A program made the position numbers and the translations under genes. A stretch of DNA of 64,000 nt, from the NCBI GenBank assembly GCA_002269645.1, contig NIVC01000495.1:83083-147082 (forward strand), written 5' to 3'. Below are positions 22,404-33,228 of this stretch, piece by piece; positions within the stretch are counted from its first letter, which is position 1; the number at the start of each line of letters is the position of its first letter. This DNA is from Macrostomum lignano. Its lineage: Eukaryota. The notes below the pieces were generated by a model. It made no database searches and was not told the DNA's origin. It saw only the letters and a list, made by a program, of their open reading frames with translations.

Positions 22404-25274
22404 GGCTGATTTAGGGCAGTAATAATCTTATGTAACTTATAAAGTCCGGTCCAAATACAGTTTTACATGTGCCGCCGTCGCCTGCGGAATAGCTCGATGT
22501 CGAGATGGACGAGTGCGAAAATAAGAGAATCCAACGCCAGGGATAAAGAATGGCAGAGCGGGGGTCCGAAACGGGGGGTTGCCACTAGCTGGGGTGCCCG
22601 CGGCTGTCTGTCTGTATATACATGCAGTTTGTGTGCCAAACTGGCTGGCTCAACTGGCTGGGCGGATTCGCGGGTCCGCCGGGAATGGGGGGTGGGGGGT
22701 GGGTGCGCCGCAAACAGCGGAGGCGGGGAGGCGGCGCCCAGAAAACCCACCGGCCAATGCTAGGCGGGCTGGGTAGGCGAGGCCTGCACTATACAATCGT
22801 ACACACGCGCGCAAGTGAGTAATGCTGGTGAAGAGAGAAAAATAGACCTGAAATACGCGTCAGGGACGGGGCGGAACATGTGAAGGACAAACAGCGTGCA
22901 TGCCCTGAACTGTCCCGCGCCCACCTCTTCCCCGCTCTCCCCTTCATCTCTCCCGCTGCAATGTACTATAAGTGCTGTTGCACTTTTAACCATGCTCCTT
23001 CCAGAGAAGCTTTCCTTCTATTTTGCATGCTTTTTAGTTTAGTCTGGCAGGCGGTTCAGTGGCGTCAGTTAAGTGAGTCTGCTTGCGGACCGATGGTGGG
23101 TGCATGGCCCCACTTGTAGAATAATAGAACTGCTGCCATTACTTTGTCTGCTTTGTACTGAGCGAAGCTCGGAGATTCTGTATGGCTTATCTCCTCGTAT
23201 CAGGCGATTCTTTGTCTGTAATCCACGGCGTGTGCGACCCGAATATAACGCCTTATCTCCGACGGAGATAATGAGTTTCAGTTACCTCCGCTAGCCATGT
23301 ATAGCACGGATGCTTAGATAGCGCGGATACTTTTCACATGCGACAGATGTATGCTGAAAGGCTAGCTGGATGGGGGACAAATAATGTCAGGCGATACTGC
23401 AGTCTGCTGCGGCTGGATTTCCCGCTAGATAGACACCTTCCCAAAAAAAGACAGGATGGGCAAAAGGGAAATCGAGGTAATAGGACTGCCGCCTTCCCAT
23501 AAGAGGAGGGGCTCCCATAGCGCGCACTTGTAGAAGGGTTGAACTTTCGCTGGGAACTGGGAAGACCCATCAAGACAGCGGACGGACTTTTATCCGTCTT
23601 CCCCTTGTTGCGGTGTTCCAGCTCTTCATTGCTACCCACGACAGGAGCAGACCCATGCAAAACATTTAAGGTTCAACAAGCCTATTCCGGGCCGGACCGA
23701 CTTGGGAGCAATCGTAAGGTCAAACCGACTCCATGCACAGCTCAATGAAATTCCTAAGCTCAAAAAATCGATTAAAACTTAAGCTATAGGTTGCTCACAA
23801 AAACACGTGGCTGCATTTCTGCATCTAGGGAGTGGATCAGGATCAGGTGACAGAAAAACGGGGGAGCTGATAAGCAGATGAGGAGCAAGGAAAAACGGAA
23901 CTGCCACACGTGTCGTCATTTGGAAGATTTTCTATACATCTACTGCTGCAGCAAAAGCAGAATTTGAAAGCGATTGTCCAGTTGCTCGCCCCCCCCCCCT
24001 CCCGCAGATTCAGACAGAGCCAAACAGTTGTGACAACAATAACACGGCAAGCACTCAGCAACCCTGTCACAGTGGCAGCTCAACTGAGCACCGGACTGCA
24101 GGGGTTAGACAGGCTTGGCTGGCTGAGGTGGGTGAGCAGCCGCCCCTCATTCACTGTCTCACCCACCCGTCCTCGCAGCAGGCCAGCCAGCAACCCCAAA
24201 CCCGCCCTAAACCGGATCAGGCATTTAGCAAATATAGCTCTATCCAGCGGCCCAGCCCGCCTCACTCCACTGGTCAGGTCAGGCCAAGCGAATGCAGAAA
24301 CTGGCAAAATTTGTACAACGGCCAATTATATCGGGGCAGACTCGTAGTAAGTCGGATAGAGAGGCAGATGGAGAGTCAGGGAGATGTGCGAGAGAACTGA
24401 GGAAAGAAGACCTTTGAAAGCGCAGCCGGTTTGTTGAAAGGGTCTCTTTCCAGCCGCGCCTACAACTCGCTAATCCGGGAAGAAGGCGGGTTAGCCGGAT
24501 TGAACGGCCTAAGAAAAGTAGGCCGACCGGTCATTGCGACGCGCGACCTTTGCTGATTAAGGAGCCCGCAGAACACGGAGACTGTTTAACAAGAGATTGA
24601 TTAGGTCTCGCGTGCCAACAAACTTGAGTACCCTCAATTAAATTGAACTGAATAGAGTCTGAAAACTGATCTTTTCAATACGGAAAGCTTGTTGTCACGG
24701 GGCAGAGCAGCAGGCATTTTCCTTGAGCGACTCCAACAGGAAAATGATTGAGCAACCCAAATGAAATGTTTACGAATAAAATCTGAATTTACCGGACACA
24801 TTGTACAGTCGAGAAGCTTTGTGTATAGGGAAAAATATTACTATACTCGTATGCAGGCAGTTAAGGTTCCGAAAGGTCTGGAAGCAGAGGGACATCATTG
24901 CAGTGGCGCCTGTCTGTCTGTCTTAGTGCCGATCTGTCTGTTTGTCTGTCTTAGTGTCTGCTAGTCTGCCCGCCTCTCTGTCTGTCTGCCAGCCTGCCTT
25001 GGTGCCGCTGTGGGTTAGCGGGTTAATTTAAAGTACGCTATGCGTCACCCATCTAATTGTCATTCACTCTCAGTCTGATTGCGTCATCCACAGACTCATC
25101 TCTCATCGTACAGCATTGGGGTTATTTTTATCGTACGCGATTACAACGTGCTAACTTGTTAACATGCAGTACGCTAGTATAAATACGAGTATATAGCAAA
25201 TCGCGAGCAACTCAAATAGCAACTCTCTATTAACAAATCATTGAAGCTCAATTCAAACACAACAGTGTCGGTTT

Positions 25275-25765
25275 GCCAGCATGCCTTAGTGCCGGTCTGT
25301 CTGTCTGCTTGCCTGTCTGTCTGTCTTAGTGTCTGCTAGTCTGCCAGCATGCCTTAGTGCCGGTCTGTCTGTCTGCTTGCCTGTCTGTCTGTCTTAGTGT
25401 CTGCTAGTCTGCCAGCATGCCTTAGTGCCGGTCTGTCTGTCTGCTTGCCTGTCTGTCTGTCTTAGTGTCTGCTAGTCTGCCAGCATGCCTTAGTGCCGGT
25501 CTGTCTGTCTGCTTGCCTGTCTGTCTGTCTTAGTGTCTGCTAGTCTGCCAGCATGCCTTAGTGCCGGTCTGTCTGTCTGCTTGCCTGTCTGTCTGTCTTA
25601 GTGCCTGCCAGTCTGCCTTAGTGCCGGTCTGTCTGTCTGCTTGCCTGTCTGTCTGTCTTAGTGTCTGCTAGTCTGCCAGCTTGCTTTAGTGCCGGTCTGC
25701 CTGCCTGTCTTAGTGCCTGCCAGTCTGCCTTAGTGCCGGTCTGTCTGCTTGACTGTCTGTCTGTC
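25275..25765. repeat. 68-bp tandem repeat built from GTCT tetramers
   Basis: GCCAGCATGCCTTAGTGCCGGTCTGTCTGTCTGCTTGCCTGTCTGTCTGTCTTAGTGTCTGCTAGTCT at 68-bp spacing (25275, 25343...); a partial copy at ~24910-25005. Confidence 0.9.
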
Positions 25766-26606
25766 TGTCTGTCAGTATGCCCATCTTTCTATCAGTATTT
25801 TAAACTGCTATAACTCTAATAAGGTAAAAAAACTCACGAAAAGTTGAAATTCATTGTTTCGACTTCTTTCACAAGGCACACAGTAATAATATAATATGAT
25901 ATTAATAAGCTCACTCTAAGAATATTTTATCAGAGTGCGGTAACTGGAATCAGTGAGCAGCGAATCGATAAAATTTATTGAATATTTAAACAATTCTGCA
26001 AGAAAACAAAAGAGTTTGGCCGGACGAAAAACTCAGGTGCCAACAGATTTGCAGAGCCCAAACTTTAGTTTATGTACATGCCAGCGGCTCTTTCGCAACC
26101 AGCGCTACTTGTAAGTAGAGTAGTTGGAGTGCAGCCGCGCCGAACTAAAAAAATAATAGAAATTTTGCTAAGCAGTCGGTTTGAAAGATTGCAAAAATTT
26201 TAGATGCTAATACAGGTAGATAGGCGCAAATAACATAATAAGATAATTATGATTTTAATAAAGTCTAATAAGATCGACGTACACGAACATAATAACCACA
26301 TCTGTTGCAGCGGATCTACAGTAGATGAAGGGACATCCATACATGTATACATGTACACAACGCAGGCATGAATAAGAAGTTACCTTAATCCATAAAATTT
26401 CTAAATTTAACAGTTATCGAAATCGGAAACTAGCGCTTTGCAGAGCATTTTGAAAGCAGAAAAATGTAAGCCATGGCAGTCCAGGGACGCGAAATTACAG
26501 CTTGCATCTACAAGTAAAAACAAAACAACAACACAAGTCGCGGGGTTTCAACCCGCATTCAATTCAGGCAGCAGGCGAACGCAGACTTCTAGAGCAGCAA
26601 CTCGAA

Positions 26607-26958
26607 TCAGTCCTTGGGCCCCTGGTAATAGGAGCAGCGCACCTTGGCGTCCCAGCCGGCGGACAGCAGGCGCTGCGAGTCGAACGGATGCCAGCTGACG
26701 TCGCGGACTGGCGCGTTGCCGTGGGCGCCAGGCAAACGGCGAAGCAGGCGGCCGCTCAGGCAGTCCCAGATCAGCACGTCGCCGTTGGCTGAGCCCGCGT
26801 ACACGTAGCGCTGGCCGGTGGTGGCCTGGGGAGAGAAGCGGGCCCTCAGCAGGGTGCGGGACACCACGTGGCCGGTGAGGGTGGCCAGGCTCGGGTCGTC
26901 TGACAGCGGCGTCGAGTCGAATTGCGGCACGGACTGGTAGCGGTAGTCGAACTGGTGG
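26607..26958 (-). CDS. DCAF11: DCAF11/WDR23 (CRL4 substrate receptor, WD40) terminal exon
   Basis: gccccag|HQFDYRYQSVP...GHVVSRTLLRARFSPQATTGQRYVYAGS...VRDVSWHPF...SAGWDAK*; follows the DCAF11 DYR..GH.V..TL.R.RFSP..TGQ..Y.G pattern. Confidence 0.93.
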
Positions 26959-26999
26959 CTGGGGCGGGAGCGGTTTGGTTCGGTCCAGTTGATTCTTGA

Positions 27000-27340
27000 A
27001 CTCAACTGCACCCTCCCAGATGCTCTCAAACTCAATCGCACCCTCCCAGATGCTCTCAAACTCAACTGCACCCTCCCAGATGCTCTCAAACTCAACTGCA
27101 CCCTCCCAGATGCTCTCAAACTCAACTGCACCCTCCCAGATGCTCTCAAACTCAACTGCACCCTCCCAGATGCTCTCAAACTCAACTGCACCCTCCCAGA
27201 TGCTCTCTAACTCAACTGCACCCTCCCAGATGCTCTCAAACTCAACTGCACCCTCCCAGATGCTCTCAAACTCAACTGCACCCTCCCAGATGCTCTCAAA
27301 CTCAACTGCACCCTCCCAGATGCTCTCAAATTCAACTTCA
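27000..27340. repeat. 30-bp minisatellite in the last DCAF11 intron (26959-27370)
   Basis: CTCAACTGCACCCTCCCAGATGCTCTCAAA x ~11. Confidence 0.95.
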
Positions 27341-27370
27341 TCCATGCAGATACTCAAAGCCACGCCTTAC

Positions 27371-27787
27371 CCAGCCACTTTTCTGCGACACTCGTTAGTG
27401 AAATTGTTGGAGGCCGGGCGCCGCAGATCCCACAGCTTGATGCTCTGATCCTTGCTGTTGCTGAGGAAGTGCCGGCCGTCCTGCCTGCTGTCCAGATAGA
27501 CAACTCCGCATTGGTGCCCGCTGAACATGGCGGCCGGAGGCGCAGTTGACGCGGACCGGAGGCAGCGCAGGTCCCACAATTTGATGATGCCGTCGTCGCC
27601 GGAGCTGAGCAGCAGATTCGAGCCCCGGCCGCCGTCGGCCCAGCAGACGGTGTTGACATCGTTGTGATGCCTGGCCGGGTACCACATGGGCCGGCGCATG
27701 GCCAGGTCGTACAGGCAGAGGGAGCCGCCGTTGCATCCCACAACGAGCAGGTCGCCGCAGGAGGACCAGCGGTGGCAGAACATGCCC
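27371..27787 (-). CDS. DCAF11: DCAF11 exon 4 (WD40 repeats)
   Basis: cagcag|GMFCHRWSS...HHNDVNTVCWAD...SSGDDGIIKLWDLR...GHQCGVVYLDS...SNSKDQSIKLWDLR...KVAG|gtaagg; DWD/WDxR motifs; NAGNAG acceptor (alternative end 27790). Confidence 0.95.
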
Positions 27788-27954
27788 CTGCTGGGCCCAG
27801 GGGTGTGGAATTGGGATTTATTGCGGACACTCTGAGAGTAGCTCGGCATGCCTGAGCCTAAGCATGCGGGTTTTGGATTATGAAAGTGAAATTCGGGATA
27901 TTGAGATTGGAGGATGATGGAATCTGAAATTTAGGATGATTGAATTTCAAACAG

Positions 27955-29200
27955 GGAATTCGGGATGATTGGGATTGGGGAAATCGGGATGATTGGGATT
28001 GGGGAAATCGGGATGATTGGGATTGGGGAAATCGGGATGATTGGGATTGGGGAAATGGGACGATTGGGATTGGGGAAATCGGGATGATTGGGATTGGGGA
28101 AATCGGGATGATTGGGATTGGGGAAATCGGGATGATTGGGATTGGGGAATTCGGGATGATTGGGATTGGGGAATTCGGGATGATTGGGATTGGGGAAATC
28201 GGGATGATTGGGATTGGGGAATTCGGGATGATTGGGATTGGGGAATTCGGGATGATTGGGATTGGGGAAATAGGGATGATTGGGATTGGGGAATTCGGGA
28301 TGATTGGGATTGGGGAAATCGGGATGATTGGGATTGGGAAATTCGGGATGATTGGGATTGGGGAATTCGGGATGATTGGGATTGGGGAATTCGGGATGAT
28401 TGGGATTGGGGAAATAGGGATGATTGGGATTGGGGAAATAGGGATGATTGGGATTGGGAAATCCGGATGATTGGGATTGGGGAAATCGGGATGATTGGGA
28501 TTGGGGAAATAGGGATGATTGGGATTGGGGAAATAGGGATGATTGGGATTGGGAAATCCGGATGATTGGGATTGGGGAAATCGGGATGATTGGGATTGGG
28601 GAAATAGGGATGATTGGGATTGGGAAATCCGGATGATTGGGATTGGGGAAATCGGGATGATTGGGATTGGGGAAATAGGGATGATTGGGATTGGGAAATC
28701 CGGATGATTGGGATTGGGGAAATGGGACGATTGGGATTCGGGAAATAGGGATGATTGGGATTGGGGAAATAGGGATGATTGGGATTGGGGAAATAGGGAT
28801 GATTGGGATTGGGAAATCCGGATGATTGGGATTGGGGAAATCGGGATGATTGGGATTGGGGAAATAGGGATGATTGGGATTGGGAAATCCGGATGATTGG
28901 GATTGGGGAAATGGGACGATTGGGATTCGGGAAATAGGGATGATTGGGATTGGGAAATCCGGATGATTGGGATTGGGAAATCCGGATGATTGGGATTGGG
29001 AAATCCGGATGATTGGGATTGGGGAAATGGGACGATTGGGATTCGGGAAATAGGGATGATTGGGATTGGGAAATCCGGATGATTGGGATTGGGAAATCCG
29101 GATGATTGGGATTGGGAAATCCGGATGATTGGGATTGGGGAAATGGGACGATTGGGATTCGGGAAATAGGGATGATTGGGATTGGGAAATTGGGATGATT
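27955..29200. repeat. 24-bp G-rich minisatellite in a DCAF11 intron
   Basis: GGGATGATTGGGATTGGGGAAATC, ~50 copies, with 23-bp variants. Confidence 0.95.
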
Positions 29201-29284
29201 TCAAAAGTGGAGAATAAGAAAGTGAAAATCAAGCAAATAAAAGATGATCAATCCCAGGTGCTAAGCTGCAAGACCCGCACACAC

Positions 29285-29457
29285 CTGTAGGCGCCTTCGT
29301 CCGCATCGTCAGCGCTGAGCAGTGACAGCGGCTCGTGCAGGTCGGAGTGAACGCCAACCAGCTGCAGACAGTGAGACCAGCTACTGTACACCAGGTGATG
29401 GCCGGTCGGACTCAAAGACAGGTCAAGTACGCTCCAGCCAACGTCCCGGGCGAGCAC
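29285..29457 (-). CDS. DCAF11: DCAF11 exon 3
   Basis: gtgtcag|VLARDVGWSVLDLSLSPTGHHLVYSSWS...DEGAYR|gtgtgt; ARDVGWSVLD and YSSWS are DCAF11 hallmarks. Confidence 0.93.
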
Positions 29458-30225
29458 CTGACACAGGATGGAAATGACAAATTTGACTAAACAGCTGAGA
29501 AGTGAAATTCCACCTTGAAAATTCCATTTGATGCTCCAGAATTGAGAGATTCGAGTGCGTACCAGCCTCCCCAGTGAAAACGGTACCTACCGAGGCCAGT
29601 AGGCGCCCCAGTGTCACTTGCGTCGCCCAAAAGTCGTTTCAAAGTCGTTGCAAAGTCTTGGGCGACGCAAGTGACACTGGCGCGACGGTAAAGCGACTCT
29701 GGGGCCGTAGAGTCGTATTTGAGGCGTGCTGGAGTCGCTTGATGAATTAGACTCACATCTCTAGCGAAAGTTAAGCACCAACACGACACGCCAATAAAAG
29801 TGCACGTACGATCCCGGTCGCTGGGATTTTGTTTTAGTTGTAATTATAAATCCAGTTGCTTAGCTGGAACCTGGGGTTCAAAACTGGGACTTATGGAAGT
29901 CTGTCTGAGCTTTGTTGCTGAGTAATTAATTGTATAGTTGCTGAAAATTTGCCTTCGATGTCGAAAATTAAGTAAAAAAATGGCAATTTTAACCATGGGC
30001 CACTCAGCACATTTGCGTGTAAGTCACCTGCAGTTCAGGAGTGAGTTTAATATAAGTACTTTTTCATTTAAAGACAGACTCGTTTATTGGCCCCCCGATC
30101 CCCTTAGATTACCCACCCGTCAAAGTCACTTGAATTGTTATTCTTTTCATATAAAAAAGCTTTCCCATTCTTGCTTGCTACTGAAAGTAGAAAAGCAGCA
30201 TTTCAAGTCCGAAATTTCGACTCAC

Positions 30226-30748
30226 CGACTTGAGCGGCCGAAAATTTCCTTCACGCGTGTCGAACAGCCGGATTGGCGAGTTGGTGCCCTGCGCCGCGCA
30301 CATGAACACATCGCCTGGCTCGGAGAACAGGCCGCAAAAGAAGAAGCTGCGACCCTTCAGCACTACCCGGGTGTTGTTGGGCAGGTGCTGATGTGCCAGG
30401 TGGTAGCGCTGCTTGGCGCCAAAACTGAGACACCGGTTCAGCGCCACGTTTGCCACGGAAACTCGAGAGGCGCCGCCTCCGCGAGCGGACGCATCGCTGG
30501 CTGAGCTGGACTCGGCCGGGCCGGCGGCAGAGGTGCAGGAATTGAAGGGGAAGCAGAAGGATATGCCGCCTGCTTTTTGCCCGGCTGCGTGCGAGTGGCT
30601 GCAGCTCTCGGCCGCTCCGCCGCTGGAGTCCAGCAGCAGCCGGTGAACGCTGTGTCGGAGGCGGCTGTTTGCGAAGTCGGCCGACAAACGCGGCGGAGCA
30701 TCGTGCAGGCGGCTGCGGGAGCGGGTCGCGTAGGCGCTGTCGCGACCG
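30226..30748 (-). CDS. DCAF11: DCAF11 exon 2
   Basis: ...HLAHQHLPNN...FFCGLFSEPGDVFMCAAQ...IRLFDT...PLKS|gtgagt joins in phase to VLARDVGW. The acceptor (ccctcag at 30749-30750) was chosen by phase and is less certain. Confidence 0.85.
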
Positions 30749-30814
30749 CTGAGGGTTGCGAGCGGCGGTGGCTCAGTGAGTGCTGTGAGGCATCAGCTGG
30801 GGAGAGTCAACTGA

Positions 30815-31060
30815 GGGGTCAGCCCAGGTCACGAGTGAACTAGTGAAGGGTCAGTCCAGGTCACGAGTCAACTAGTGAAGGGTCAGCTCAGGTCATGAGT
30901 CAACTAGTGAAGGGACGGTCAAGGTCACGAGTCAACTAGTGAAGGGACGGTCAAGGTCACGAGTCAACTAGTGAAGGGACGGTCAAGGTCACGAGTCAAC
31001 TAGTGAAGGGTCATTTAAACTCACAGTGAACTAGTGAAGGCACATTCAAGGTCACAAATC
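30815..31060. repeat. ~32-bp tandem repeat in DCAF11 intron 1
   Basis: GTCACGAGTCAACTAGTGAAGGGACGGTCAAG x ~7, degenerate at the ends. Confidence 0.88.
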
Positions 31061-31090
31061 AAGGGTCAACAGCGCCAGCATAAAACTCAC

Positions 31091-31200
31091 AGCAGGTGCA
31101 GCAGCGACTCAATGCCGGGATGATCGAAGCTGTTATCACTGTCATCGCTCTCGTCTGACACGAGCTCAACATTATCGTCAATTTCCAACCGTCTGTGCAT
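31091..31200 (-). CDS. DCAF11: DCAF11 probable first coding exon
   Basis: ATG at 31200: MHRRLEIDDNVELVSDESDDSDNSFDHPGIESLLHL|gtgagt, phase 2; assembled CDS 1575 nt, 524 aa. Confidence 0.7.
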
Positions 31201-31440
31201 GTCAGGGGGTGTCGCTGGAAATGACAGACCAAGTATTATTGGAAAAAAATTGTTAGAATAAATAAAACAAATAAAAGGATTTTGACTCAACTACTGTAGA
31301 CCCTATAAAGGATATATTTGAGAACTGAGAGCAGCAATGATTCTTGATGAGTAGCTTTATAATAACAAAGTAAATTTATAATAATAAACATCGGGTCATA
31401 AACGCAGCGGTGAGCGTTACGTCAGCAAATTAACACAAAA

Positions 31441-31456
31441 TTTATTTCATTTTATT
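31441..31456 (-). terminator. Candidate poly(A) signals of RPRD1
   Basis: Two AATAAA hexamers on the minus strand (31441-31446, 31451-31456), ~210 nt after the RPRD1 stop. Confidence 0.5.
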
Positions 31457-31662
31457 GCAGAATGGGAAGAGAAACACGGCCCTCTGTAATCCGGGAACGG
31501 GCGGTATCAACTCAGTCACAATTTGGTCAATGCAAAGGGACAAGAATGCATAAAAGACATCAGAGCCAAGCCAGGAAATGCTTGCAAGCAACCAGGCGAT
31601 AGGGAAACACACAACAGTTACACTGTAAGAAATTAAAAATTGTGCAGCTGTGACACCCCAGC

Positions 31663-32747
31663 TCAGCTGAATAGGTCGCCAACACTGGGCAGGGGCGCCA
31701 GGCCGCCGGACACAGCGGGCAGGGAGGCCAGGTCCGGCAGGTTGGCCAGGTGGGAGCTCAGCTCCTTCTGCAGGCTGCGCAGCTCCCGCAGTCGGCGCCG
31801 CTGGTCCTCAAGCCGGCGCTGACCGGTGGCCAGGGCGGCACGCTGCTGGCGGCAGTAGGCGCGCAGGTCCGAGTGGAAGCCGCGGCGCCGCGCCACCTCG
31901 CTGGATAGCTGGGCGTTGTAGGCGGAGCAGACTTCGTCCGCCTGCGTCACCTCGCGGAGCAGCCGCTGGCAGTCTCGCCGGTTTTTGCAGGCGTCCACGG
32001 AGGCCTCCTCGACGATGTGCTTCGGGAAGCGAGATATTCGACGCCGCATCTCGGCGCTGCCGCTGGGTGCGGCGGCCAGGAACTGCAGCTCGGCGAGGAT
32101 CTGCTCCGAGTCCGGCTGCTCCTCCACCGCTTCGGCCTCGGCGGCTGCGGCAGCCGCTTCCCGGGCCTCGGCCAGGCCGGCACGGAGTGCCGACGCCGAC
32201 GCAGCGACACCGGCGCCGCCGCCGTAGCCGGTGGCGATGGCCGAACCGACGCCCACACCGTTGTTGTCATCATCGTCATCGCTGCCGACGCCGGCGTCCC
32301 GCAGTGCCGGGCTGACGGGACCCTCCTGCCCGCTGTCGTCGCTGTCACCCTCTTCTTCGTTCGGCAGATCGTCGTCATCGTCCTGCCCGACGGCCACACC
32401 GACGGCCACTGTCGCCGGAGCTGCTGCCGATGCGGCGCTGTCGGTGCCGGTCGACGCTGACGCGGTTTTGCCTTCGCTCTGCCGGCCGGCATTGCGTGGC
32501 GCGAATTTGTCCAGCATCTGGCGGCAGCACTGCAGCTGGTCGGGCTCGAACACGTGCCGCTCGTGCCAGATGCGGACCAGCCGGTCCAGGCTGGCCATCA
32601 CCTTGGCGTCGGCCGCCTTGGCGCAGTCCTTCATGGCGTGGGACAGCACGGCGCTGAACACGCGTAGGAACTCAGGGCCCTGCTTGCGGCTGTTCTGCAC
32701 AACATCGTTCATCAGGTAGAGCAGGGTCAGCTTCCGCTTTCGGTGCA
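31663..32747 (-). CDS. RPRD1B: RPRD1 (CID domain, Pol II CTD-associated; RPRD1A/B, CREPT-like) exon 2
   Basis: ttgacag|VHRKRKLTLLYLMNDVVQNSRKQGPEF...LVRIWHERHVF and C-terminal LPDLASLPAVSGGLAPLPSVGDLFS, both characteristic of RPRD1. Confidence 0.95.
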
Positions 32748-32886
32748 CTGTCAATGGGTGAGGGGTGGGCCTAAATTACATAAGTGCATATATGTGACAT
32801 TACTATTTCTATAGCCAATGCTTCATCAAAACAGACATTTTTGAGGCTTACTTCTTCACTAGCAAACAATCCTTGTACAAGCTATA

Positions 32887-33196
32887 TATTGGTTTTGTCA
32901 GCCTAACTGAGAATAAAGCCATCCAAAGTGAGAATCCTGCCTACGCTGACTGCGAAGGGCCTGGCTGCGTGCAGCCTAGTCTATGAGCCATAGACTATAA
33001 AGTAAAAGCAAAATAAAAGAATACGACGCATAGACCAATCGATTCTCACATTGGATGGCTTTTTATCACTTTGCTTGTCCTTTATTGTCTATGACCCATA
33101 GACTAAGGCTGCACGCAGCCAGGCCCTTCGCAGTCAGCGTAGGCAGGATTCTCACTTTGGATGGCTTTATTCTCAGTTAGGCTGACAAAACCAATA
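32887..33196. mobile_element. 310-bp MITE with ~90-bp perfect TIRs (TA flanks)
   Basis: TATTGGTTTTGTCAGCCTAACTGAG...GCGTGCAGCCT (32887-~32977) is the reverse complement of ~33107-33196; imperfect pairing continues ~30 bp further in. Confidence 0.9.
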
Positions 33197-33228
33197 CTAT
33201 TCATATTGGGTAGATAGACTTAGTCAAT

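Noticed and set aside
22463-24400. Cluster of 60-145-aa ORFs upstream of the nuclear receptor
   Set aside because: No recognisable domains, splice-consistent chains or exon-like codon bias.
24420-24530. Small hairpins (GCTAATCC/GGGTTAGC, GGCCTA/TAGGCC) as a possible ncRNA
   Set aside because: Short stems, and no tRNA, snRNA or SL RNA hallmark was recognised.
27858-29232. 430-450-aa Pro/Ile/Asn-rich or DWDWG ORFs
   Set aside because: They lie in a DCAF11 intron whose flanking exons join correctly; 24-bp repeat artefact.
29487-29789. 100-aa minus-strand ORF as a possible extra DCAF11 exon
   Set aside because: Exon 2 (...PLKS) joins directly and in phase to VLARDVGW, matching the family sequence with no gap.
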